Assembly: GCF_964355755.1 (NCBI RefSeq)
Contig: NC_092674.1
Span: 24,800,001 to 24,864,000, forward strand
Direction of reading: 5' to 3'
Length of the DNA: 64,000 nucleotides
DNA from: Antedon mediterranea
Taxonomy: Eukaryota; Animalia; Echinodermata
The position numbers and the translations under genes are program-made. Each line of letters opens with the position of its first letter. Within the stretch, counting starts at the first letter, position 1. This document shows positions 25,401 to 36,304 of this stretch, piece by piece. A model generated the notes under the pieces. That model was not told the DNA's origin. It did no database searches and worked only from the letters and a program-made list of their open reading frames with translations.

Positions 25401-28400
25401 ATCTGGAATCACGGCGGGGGCTGTATATACCGGATGTGATGGTGTAATGATAATATAGGACTCCTGTAGCATGTGATAGTTAAGGGTTTGAGCCTATCTG
25501 TACCATACAAACTGTATCCTTAAGCAAGATGCTTTGCTCTGATTGCTTCGTCCTTCGGATGGGACGTAAAGCCGTTGGTCATGTGAATATAGTGCATGTT
25601 AATGGAACTTGGTACACATTTGCAAAGAGTAGGGGATCGTCTCCCGATGTGCACTTCTGGTAGGCGCTGTGTCGTGGGTCTGTGGAGGGCCTAATCCGAA
25701 TTTCCTCAGTTTTCAGGACAAAATATAAATACGTTTTAAATTAAAAAAGAACAAAAAAGTAAATATCTCACTCTTAACTTGGCCTTCTTCTCCAAGCATG
25801 ATATGGTCTACCTGAGAGATAACATGCACTTTACGTGGAAATGACTTCTTAACTGGCATGACCATAACAAACACAGGGCATCCGCTTACTTCTTGTCCTT
25901 TACACTTAACAACAACCTAAAGATGACATTAAACACTTTTAAATTATCATGTTTATCTCAAATAAAAATATATTGTCCTTCTAAAAAATATGTATATATA
26001 TGTCTTTAAATTGGTCAGATGTTTTGCCCTACTCTGGTGTAATTTGTACCTCATTTGAGAATACTTGCATAAAATTTGCAAGCAATTCTCGGGTGGGACT
26101 CGAACCCATGACCTCCAGATCACTAGCCTGACATTCATACCTGTAGATAAGTGATCTGGAGGTCGTGGGTTCGAGTCCCACCCGAGAATTACTTGCCAAT
26201 TTCTCTCAAAGTATTCTCAAATGTACTTAGTATGAAGTACAAATCATGTCAGAGTAGGGCAAAACATCTGACCAATTACTCAACTCCCTGATAATTGTCA
26301 AACATCTGACCAATTACTTAACTCCCTAACGCAAAGGTACTCCACAGTAGTTTAATACAATTATCTTTAATATTTAATTTTACCAAACTTTGTTAACAAT
26401 TTATCTGATAAAACCATAGTTTAAATTAACCAATCTTCAATTAAAAATGTCTGTATAATTGCATTTGTTTTTGAAAATAAATATTCTTGTTTTCTGTCAG
26501 CACCAGGAGTATGATCTGTCCAAGAAATTTTCAATTCAAATTACTAGATTGGATTTGGTTTACCAACTATGGTCAACTCATCATTATCTCCACATTTAAT
26601 GCCGTAGTTCAACTTCTAAATCCCACAACTTACCTTATGTTCTCCTGCTTCTTTAGGTACAAATGTGGCCTCTGCCTCTGTCGTACTCTTAGTGTTGATA
26701 CTGATAGAGGGCGGTTTACTAAGACTCTCCACTAGAGCTGCAATATCATTCATGGTGACACTTGAATCAGTGATGCGAATCGTAAAGGTGACCTACATGA
26801 AATTGTAAAAAAAAAAATCCAAAAACAATCATGTTGCCCACCAGCCACATATCTTTGTTATATGCATGATGTTTATATTTTGTGAAAATCAATAAAAAAC
26901 AAAAACAAACAAACAAAACAATGTTTATGAAATTTCTGTCAATAAGACCAACTCAATCATTTCCCAAATTTACATCATGAAAGAGGAAGAGCCAAGGGAG
27001 GGAGAAAGGATTGGGGAAGAAGGCGATGGAGAAAGGCAGTTGACGGTGCTGTGCATACCTTTGCTTGTTATATTAACTACAAGATACAGTAATCTACTAA
27101 TATACAGTGCAGTGCAGTTGTACAGCCTGGTGGTCATTGCGACCAGAGTATTCTCATGTCCAAAAACAACGCCACTCCACTTTGTTTGTGTAGAGCATCT
27201 TGCGTATTTATTTTTCTCGTGAATAGGGTCTTTTCACCTTTGAGAAGGAGTACAGTTATGGCTAACCTTGCAATACGCCAAAATGGAGTATAGTACTTAC
27301 AGGTTCGCCAACATCAGCAACAAAACCATCTTTATTTCTGTGTAATTTTGCAAAATCCAACGAGACACAGTTCTCAGGTGAAATTTTCAATGGGGCCGGG
27401 GGTTGATAGTTGATGTAGTGGGCAGCAAACGTCATGACGGAAAGTTCATCGACCCCAGGGTTGTTCAGCTCGTCAACAGTAACCACAGGTTCAACTCCTA
27501 GACTTTTGCTAGCTTCAATGCCTGTAATAAACATTTATAATAACACATTTATTAAAACACATCACATACAAAATATTAGAAAAAAATGAATTTATTTGAA
27601 AAGTTATTAAACGATAGCTTAGAGTTAATTTCCCCTACAGTATTTAAATACTAAAAATTAAAATAAAAAAAATTAATTTCCTAAGATAACATGCACAAAT
27701 ATATATATATATATATAAACACATTAGGCAATGAACATTAATTCGAAACCGCCCGGTGATATACTGAAATTTAATTAATTAATTTGAAACGATAAAGATA
27801 AATATATATATCCCACTAACATATTTCTAATCATCAACTTAAGAATCTAATATAAAATAGTTGTTATGCTTGATTTAATACCTCCTGTTGTTCTGTGAAC
27901 CAGGCTAAAAGATAGAGAAATACCCAATTTAGACATTTAATAAATGCCAATTTACCCATAGAATAGAAGCTAACCTAAATTCATATCGAATTTCAAAAGT
28001 GATTCAGTCCGAGAAACTACTATGATTACATTAACAAACATACAACCATGCTATGCCAACACATGACCAAACTACTCCTAATTTTTATATAATTTCATAT
28101 ATTCTATATTTTAAATGATCTTACCTTTAGATAAATAAATAAGACAACAATTTATCAAATATCTTCACTTATAGTAATAACTGTCCACATATTAATCTAA
28201 AACTAAGGAGTGCCTTCATTTATAACAAAAGTATTAAATATTTGGTAATCACTGATGCGTAACAAGATATTTGTTCGGTTAAGTCAAGAGCCTATACCCA
28301 ATTCTTTCATTATACTGTTCTACCTATTATGAACTGTGAATAAAGAAATTATTTCAAAATTATGTGAGCGTGTAATTCCTAAGTATTAGTGTCAAAATTA

Positions 28401-31400
28401 GTGTAGTACAGTACAACAATTGGTATTTTGACTTTAAACAAATCAGCATTCAAATATGGGATTGTGTTACAGTAATCATTATTAATCAATGGTGTGGAAA
28501 CTATAGTCAAATAATTTAGAGACCTTGCTTGAAACTATAATATTAATAGAATCTCTATTAAGGGGAAACCTCCACAAGTGTCCCCTTAACGGGTTGGCTG
28601 TAGTATTGAAATAAATATTACCCGTTGTTCATTTTCAAAGTAAAGTTCCCCCTCACTAAACAATACTACAATTAGATATATTTATCTATTTTTATCTACT
28701 ATAGACATATATTTGATCATTATATTTAATGTGCATTACCTGTATAACCGTTGGGAGTTGGTTCAAGTCCAGTGGACTCATCAGGCTCACTAGGATTGAT
28801 TGTGTAGCCTTTGGTATGGCAACCATAAAGCTGACTGGCTATGAGGCATATAGCAAGCTCATGAGCTCTGTTAAGAATGAGATCGTGGCCAGATATGTAC
28901 ACTTGCTGGCCTAGCTTGGTTTGTATCAAATCCAATGCTGATAATGATGAAATGATATGAATGATGAAACACAATTGAAAATAAAGTAAAACATGACAAT
29001 AAAAATACTCCCCAGCAAAACAAAGTTATGAATATTGATATAATAAATAAATACATAGCGTGTTCACAGAAAACAATAAAAATGCTTCACAAAATGATTA
29101 TAAAATAATTAAAGTTATGAACATTGAAAAACAAATAAAATATGACCTCAATACAAAAAATACTGTATATACTTAATTTAGGTTAAAAACTCAGAAACAA
29201 GACTTTGGTAAATCCATATCTTACACACCCTAATTTCATACACAGGCCCCTGGGACTATACCTTGGTAAATATTTGTATTGAATGCCACTGTTTGATGAA
29301 TATGTATAAATTGTTATTTCAAATTGAATTATAGAAATATATTACAAATCTCCTCCATAATAATATATTTCAGAATCAAATGTTTAGGAAAGTATAGTTA
29401 CGTATAAATGAGATGTCCATCTCATGACAATGTTGCATTTACTGTACACAGTATTTTTTATTATAGAATATTTGAGAATGAAAAATATTAATTTTGAAAT
29501 GAGTGTTTGGCGATAATGAAAAGTCCTGTATATATACATATTTAATAATAACATAATAATATGTATATTAATGTATGCACAAAATGAGTACCTTTTGTGC
29601 AATTTTCAAGCCCGGCTGATTTGTCCATATCCTGCCAGTCTGGAAAGGTGTTGCTAACAGCATTGATGAGACCACACAAAGCAATACCATCATTCCAATC
29701 GCTCTGAAAGTAGTAAAGTTGGGGTGGGTGTAAATAACGAAACATCATTACAGGACAAAAGTAAAAGGAAAAAGTTGAGCTATAATAGATTCAAAATAGG
29801 CAATTTTGACAATATTTTGTAATTTTGACAACTTTTTAAACTAAAATGTTGAAAAATTGTCTAATTCAACATGTTCGTATGGCGTGATTTAAAGTGGAAA
29901 TTGTCTTTTTTTGGCTGACTTTACAATTACCATTTGTCTAGATGGTTTTTTTTAAATCCACAATAAAAACTGGTTACAGTGTAGAATTTAAAGTTACCTG
30001 AAAGTTTTGAATGTTTAGTTGTGGAATAGTCCGCCTGACCCAATTTAAGGTGGCATTCCAGCCTGGACCGTTCTTCTTCACAAAGTAAGATAGGTACGTC
30101 AAACAGCTAAGACTGTCCAGGTCTGGGCTGCTCATATCTTCTGCCGAGAGCAGTCTGGGTATACCACAATGCTTGTAGGCTGCCTCTAAAGCTTCTTTAC
30201 AATTCTTAGTCTTCTTATTTGGATCTAGTAACTTCCAGTTTGACATAAGACCTGGTGTGCAGAAGTCAAGCAGCGCACTACGAATGTAAAAGTATTTGTA
30301 AAGTTAATCAAATGAATGTATGTATTTTAATGCAATACAATCATGCTATGTATTAATGACTCCGGATGAAATGTAGGCCTATGGTTTTTCATTGCTTGAG
30401 TGTATTAATATTGTACCAATCCACTAATTTATTTTTGCCTTAACTGAATGGATGGCTAGCTAGTAATAAGTACATGCTTACTAGCTGACTAGTTACAGTA
30501 AAGTTTAGTAAAAATATTTATCAATATATAATAAAGTACCTCAACTTAATTCCATCATTCCAGTCAGTTGTAAAGTTCTTCACATTACACCCTTCGGGTA
30601 AAACAGCATTCATCCAAGCTAATATGAGTTTCTTAGGGGCTACCGATGACTTCTTGGCCGGCGAACCGCTTCCTTCTCCGTCACCACCAGCAGGAGGAGC
30701 AGTGCCTGTGATCTGATACTTCAAAATAAGTCTCCATACCAGGCTTAGGATTATCTTTAGGTTTCCTTCTACAATATCATTTACTCCTGTCAAAGAAATT
30801 CAAATTATAAAACCCTACTATTAGCATCAAATAAGGAAAACATATCTTAAATAGTGAAGAAAACTCCATTGTGAGTTAGGCCTACGTAGCTAAGCATGTA
30901 CTCTCTACCACTACCACAACCAAACGACTAACAAACTTCAAAGAACCGACAGAGGTCGCTATCACTGTTTTTTTCTTAACACCAGCAGTACTGCTATTGA
31001 TAAAAGTTCTTTAATAAAATCGTAGAAATGCTGCAGTATTCTAAGTATTTAATTTATTAAAACAGATACAATACACTTTTTAGTAATTATTATTAGACTT
31101 TACAATACGCTTATATTACAAAGGCCTACAATATGTGATACCAAATAACAAGTAGGCCTAAGTAAATATCAAATATGATTAAGCGAATCCTATAATCAGA
31201 CCACATCTTGAAAGAATTGTTTTATTATTATTAGGGGTTGATGTTCAATTTGGATTAATGCATAAACATTCTAAACAACTTACCTATATTTACAAGCTGT
31301 ATTCCTTGTTCTTTTATCATATTTAAAGCATACGCAATATTATCGATCTTTTGCGCTTCGAACTTAGGGTTCTTTGAGTACCTTTTCTTGTGTCCCCTTC

Positions 31401-31728
31401 TGATTCGTTGGTCATTCGCCACAGATTTTATCAATTTTTCCATTAATTGAATCAACAGGAGACCGTCTGCGAACGCGGTTTCTATTTCAGTAATGGCACA
31501 AACCGATTCCGTAGTTTCACCATTGTCTTCGTCTTCACCTTGACGAAGTTGTTCGTTACACCAGTCAGTAAAAGTCTTCTTTTGAATTTGAATCCATCTT
31601 CTGGAAGGATCAACTGCATCTTTTGCTTTATCTTCTACTTCATCCTCTTCATCTGATGAAAATTGCTGCTCTGGTAGTTCCTCTTCAACGGAAGAAGATG
31701 CATTATTATCTTCTGTCGCCGCCGTCAT
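19466..31728 (-). CDS. Short filamin-family actin-binding protein with three CH domains and 7 filamin repeats (jitterbug/FLN-2-like architecture), about 1112 aa
   Basis: 16 GT-AG exons give a 3339-nt open frame: 31728-31284, 30786-30540, 30277-29998, 29703-29592, 27521-27301, 26792-26634, 25916-25772, 25201-25031, 24927-24781, 24622-24497, 23261-23115, 22804-22406, 22214-22035, 21451-21302, 20494-20327, 19707-19466 (TAA). CH1 motifs WIQIQKKTFTDWCNEQL and DIVEGNLKIILSLVWRLI; CH2 NFTTDWNDG; CH3 NFQSDWNDG; then filamin repeats. Confidence 0.92.
19867..20100 (+). mobile_element. tRNA-derived SINE
   Basis: A-box TAGCCGAATGG and B-box GGGTTCAATGCC, then a conserved-domain-like GTCCACTCAGCTGTAAAATGAGTACC and a body ending CCTTTA. 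Confidence 0.7.
20572..20702. mobile_element. Short MITE-like element; reverse-orientation relative at about 51170-51303
   Basis: Termini CAATGGCGTA / TATGCCACTG. ATGGCGTAATGGCTATGAGCGCTCACTGGCTAAACCC is reverse-complemented near 51265-51302. Confidence 0.55.
23616..24480. mobile_element. Probable piggyBac-like non-autonomous transposon fragment
   Basis: TTAA followed by CACTTTGACTGCC terminus, with a short tandem duplication of the terminus (about 23618-23695) and a GC-richer interior. No matching right TIR was found. Confidence 0.4.
25317..25720 (+). mobile_element. 5S rRNA + tRNA hybrid-head SINE with Deu/Nin domain (SINE3/AmnSINE1-like organisation)
   Basis: 25317-25425 aligns by eye to 5S rRNA (TCTCGTCAGATCACTGAAGTTAAGCA...TTGGATAGGAGAC...GCTGTA). 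It is followed by a degenerate tRNA-like segment and the Deu-domain core CTTCGGATGGGACGTAAAGCCG...AAGAGTAGGGG. Confidence 0.75.
26009..26277. repeat. About 270-bp palindrome made of two divergent tRNA-derived (SINE-like) arms
   Basis: Arms 26009-26124 and 26150-26277 each carry AGTGATCTGGAGGTC(G/A)TGGGTTCGAGTCCCACCCGAG, separated by a 25-nt spacer. Confidence 0.85.
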
Positions 31729-32196
31729 AATCAAATTCAGAGGCACACACGGTAGTTGCACTATCGGCTGATTTAAATACCTCGTATCGTATCTACAATT
31801 TATATACAAACAGTTTCGATTGTTTACAAATCCCTACCAGTTTGTTCGCTTCTCGTCGAAAACCAATTTCTATTATTCAATATCTGATGTAAATAGTTAT
31901 TCGATGTCACAATTAGACGGTACTGTATCCACAGTAACTGTGGTACCTTTCAAACTTGTCGACACACAATAAAAATCCTTTTTAAAATAATGATTTATAC
32001 GTGCGGTGGAATCACTGCATACATTGGCGTACTATACGAGTTTTGTACTGTAACAGTATAGAGCTCACGATAGCCTACTTCTACGAAGGTCCAACGATGA
32101 AGTAGGATCGTGTTTGTTTTATCGGGTGTTGCCTGTTTACACACTGTTTCATATTAAGATTATATATAAATATCATGTCTAACTAAGATAACTTAC

Positions 32197-32535
32197 CGTA
32201 TTTATTCGAATAAACGCCCCGGGGCGTTTATTGTCCAGGCGTTTTTTTAAAGAGGAATTTTATCGAGGGAGGCGCGTTTATTGGTGGGGGAGGGGGGGGG
32301 GAGAGCTGTTTATTATTTTTGTGTAATATGGTAATATATTATCAAATAAATACCCATAGATATGACAAAATACAACACAATTAATATTAAGAAGTGAGGA
32401 AAGAAATGAACGCCATGGGGCCCACATATTTAAAATGTGCTTGTGCTGAGAGTGTGTATTTAAAATGATGTTCTATCGGGGTGGGGCTGGGTTGTGATAG
32501 TTCGAGGGAGGCGTTTATTCAAAGTTTATTCGACT
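32197..32535. mobile_element. Tc1/mariner-pogo-type MITE remnant
   Basis: TA-CCGTATTTATTCGAATAAACGCCC terminus with repeated GGCGTTTATT subterminal motifs. Confidence 0.55.
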
Positions 32536-32559
32536 TTCTGTCCTTCTTCTTAATGTTTT

Positions 32560-32830
32560 CCGTCTTCCGACATTACGCTTCTTTCCACAATTTGTTTCCA
32601 TTTTTATCTGTTTATGGCAGGATGGTTTTTTATTGTGTTAGTGTCTACATGTCCTTGTAAGTCTTTCTTTATTTGATTCATCCAGTTATTTCTTGGTCTT
32701 CCTACGAGTCGTTTTACTTTCTGTCACTGTCACTAAAAAGGTTGTTTGGTGACTGCGCGTTTTCTATGGTCCTAACTGTGGAATAGCATCTCCTTAGGAA
32801 TTGAACAGGCTCCTAGTTCCTAGTATTTAA
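32560..32830 (-). mobile_element. RTE-clade LINE 3' fragment
   Basis: Minus strand reads KRLVGRPRNNWMNQIKKDL then AINR*KWKQIV, matching the RTE ORF C-terminal GRPRxxW...AxDRxxW pattern. Confidence 0.65.
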
Positions 32831-33431
32831 GAAACATCTCAAAACTTACTTGTTTCCTAAGTAGCCCTATATATATATTTGGTATGTTGTTGATTCTGTT
32901 AATTATACTCTGCACAGCGCTTTGAAAATATTTGGAAAAGGCGCATAAAAAAACTAAAGTTAAAATAACCGACTCAGAAACAATTTTCCGTGGTCTTAAA
33001 AGTACCAATATTATTTTTAATTGAAAATAACATCAACCAATTCAAGTCTAGGATGGAAAAACACTTGTCTACTTCTTTCTGCAAGTTTGCCCCCTTTGTC
33101 CTAATATACAGAGGGACACACACACTCTTCCTTTAATCAGATATAATATTATAATATCTCTATGCTTTAATATTCACATCATGTCCATGGAGGCAACCAT
33201 ATACGAACGCTCTCTCCTTACACCACAATAGAGGTTGTGTGGATTAATACATGGCAATACAGTGTAAAAATGTGGACTGGATATACGATGTAGTTGAGTT
33301 GTGATTGTTCAGAACCACGAAGAGATCGGCCGGCCGGCCGCGAACATATCAATCTTATACGTCAATAGTTTGCTATGATTTATAGTAGCAAGTCGTTATT
33401 AATTCAATTCTTATATATGTTTTATCTTTAG

Positions 33432-35006
33432 GTTGAGTTTTCCTCTGAATTGTTCGACCGTTGGGATACTTATACCAGCACAACAAGCAAGTCTATAAAC
33501 GTAGGCCTACACGCATCGTTTTTCGTTCCTATTGGCGGAAGTTTTTCATATGAAAAACAATTTGTAAAGAGCAAGCAAGTTCAAGGTAAATCATCAACCA
33601 CGCGAGTTCAACAACGTCATCTTCTGTATAAGGTACGAATCGACAATCCTATTTTACATCCTATATTCAAGTCACGTGTTATGGACATCTGTGCCAACTT
33701 CCAGAATAATGATCCGCGCATGGCAAGATATCTTACACAGAAGCTGATCAGAGACTATGGAACGCACGTGGTGACGGTGGTGGATGTTGGTGGAGTGTAT
33801 CTTCAGCTAGATCAAAACACTTTTGTCAATAATTTTGATTCAGAGAAAGACAGTATAACGGCTGCTGCTAGTGCTTGGTTTTGGAAAATCTCAGCTGGAA
33901 TTAAATTCTCCAACTCTTCCAGTCCAACTATGAATGAATATTACCGCACAACCGAACTGATTCGAAAATTGAAACACATGGCGGTGATACTTATACAGAG
34001 ATGCTAACACCAGCAGAATGGCAGAACAGCCTGCCAAACAACCTCGTAGCTATTGACAAAGATGGAGATCCATTACACTATATTGTTACGACAAACACGT
34101 TGCCAGACATTGCTGAACCAACTGTGACAAATGTCTCTAACTTAATCTATGAAGAAATTAAACGTTACTATGATGTCAACACTTACAAGGGCTGTATAGA
34201 TATGGATTCAGCTAACTACAACTCCATGGCCAATACAGACGACGGGTCGTGTATTGCACGTTTTAATGCTATTAACCGTTACCCATTTGGTGGTGTCTAT
34301 CAAACGTGTGAGATGAAGCCAGGGTCATACCATGAAGATATCTGTCCTAATCTGATGCAGAAAAACCCTCTAACAGGTGATTTTACTTGTCCCTTTGGTT
34401 ATAATGCTGTTAAATTAAACACTGGTGAACATTACACTGCGTCCAGACAAGAATGCCATGAAAACTGCAAAATCGCTGGCCGTTGGTTCTGTCACACCTT
34501 ATGCAAAACTATTGACCTCTCCAGCACGAAAGAGTGCCATACATTTACTCTCATACTTATCCAAGAGGGGCACGGCTGTTTACAAAACATTTTGGTGTCA
34601 CGCTGTTTTACCCATTCCGGGCTATATTGGATACTTATTTGGCGGTGTTTATACATCTACTAGGCCTATGCCAAATCCATTAACAGAAACATACGGATGT
34701 CCACATACATTCTATCCACTGAGAATGGGTTCTGATCTTTTTGTGTGTGTCAACGGTGACTACGATCTAGGATACGAGTACACTGTTCCATTTGCTGGTT
34801 TCTTTAATTGTTCCATGGAAAATCCATATACGATTTCTAACGGTGTCTGGTTACAGGCTTGCCCTGCGGGTTACAGTCAACACCTCGCTACCATTGATAA
34901 TGATTGTCGTATTGCATACTGCATACAGACAAATGCCCACTCGGACGTCGTTCTTTCAAAAATAAAACGTCCTCCTTACACAATACTCATAGTCGATTCT
35001 GAATAG
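33432..35006 (+). pseudogene. MPEG1: MPEG1/perforin-2 pseudogene, copy B (exon 3 only)
   Basis: The acceptor at 33431 is homologous to those of copies A and C, but no exon 1/2 homologue was found upstream. There is a 1-nt deletion near 33950 and a 46-nt insertion at 34529-34574. It ends RPPYTILIVDSE* without a transmembrane segment. Confidence 0.85.
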
Positions 35007-36304
35007 ATAGCTACCTCGACATGGAAACAGTCGTGCATGGAGACACTAAACAAGCAATATAACCTAAGATAGTGTAATAATAATAATGTAATAATGAATT
35101 TATTTTCCATACAACATAATGATACATGCATCAAGTATAACTAAATAAAACAAAAGTTGTATGGAAGGAGAATATTTTAAAATAAAAGTTAGAAGAAATA
35201 ACTTAATTTATAGCTACCTTAACCAAGTTAAAAGCGAAACACGATAAGGGAATAATAGAGTTTGCAGTGATCGCAATGCTGGTAAAATACTATACGAGAG
35301 TAGATTTAATACAACAGAATAAATAATTGTAAATAATAATCACTACGGATAATACCGAAGTCATTTCTATGGTAAAGCGTATCTTCTCACAACCATCTGA
35401 TCTCCTCTTTAAAGAATATAATTCCTACCATCTTTTGCCCTAATTCGACTTAGAACTACCGTTATACCTTAAATCTTTTATCCCAATGTCCATATCACTT
35501 TAGCGTGAACAAATGTTTTTTTTTTGTATATGGTATAAAATCAAGTGAATAAATATATAATTTGTGTAAACATAGAAAAGTTTTATATTTTTCTAAATAT
35601 AGTACATTTGTTTGCTATACGGTAAGTGTATGGACAAGAATTTTCGATTTAAATGACAAAATAAATGCAAAATAAGTCAAGAAGAAAAATGAAGGATGGG
35701 AGAGACAGACAGACCGTGAAGAGAAAAAACATAAACGAAGAAATCGAATTATTGCGAGCAAGTTCTAAATTGGTAGTTTTTCGTCAGAGTGTAAATTCCA
35801 TTGGCCAACAGATTTACGTTATTGATTTACAAAATATGTAGCAAAGCTATTTCAACGACGACGATATGAATACAAAACGAGTTTGAGTCATTGTACGTGA
35901 TTGTTTTGTGATATTGATATTTACTAAAGTTAATCTCCTTTGACTATTGTAACACCATATGTTTGTTTAATTAAAGCATTAATGTATTTACATATATATC
36001 GGACTGATTATTTAACCTGTTATGTGTTAAATGTGTGTTTATTAATAAGATATCAACTTGTTTGTTTGAAAAAAAAGAAGAAAATGGAGAGAAAAAGAAA
36101 AACGCAGAGAAAAAAAGTAGAAATATTTGCAACACAGTAGGAAGTTCTAAATTGGTAGTTCTGTGTCAGAGTGGAAATTCCAAAAAATTAAATTCCAACA
36201 ACATTATTGATTGAGCTACACAATATATAGCATATATGCTACTTCAAATTTCGTCAGTCGTAATCCTTGATATATAACTAAATTAATAAATCGTCTGATA
36301 TAAA

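Noticed and set aside
25317-25425. Functional 5S rRNA gene
   Set aside because: Many substitutions relative to conserved 5S, no T-run terminator, and it continues into a SINE body.
26095-26185. Functional tRNA genes
   Set aside because: Only 3' halves are present; there is no D-arm/A-box or acceptor-stem partner.
6056-31728. One long filamin gene with 15 repeats
   Set aside because: The upstream unit ends in a terminal exon with an in-frame stop at 19466, and the downstream unit restarts with an exon homologous to the CH3 tail. This indicates tandem duplication rather than one continuous rod.
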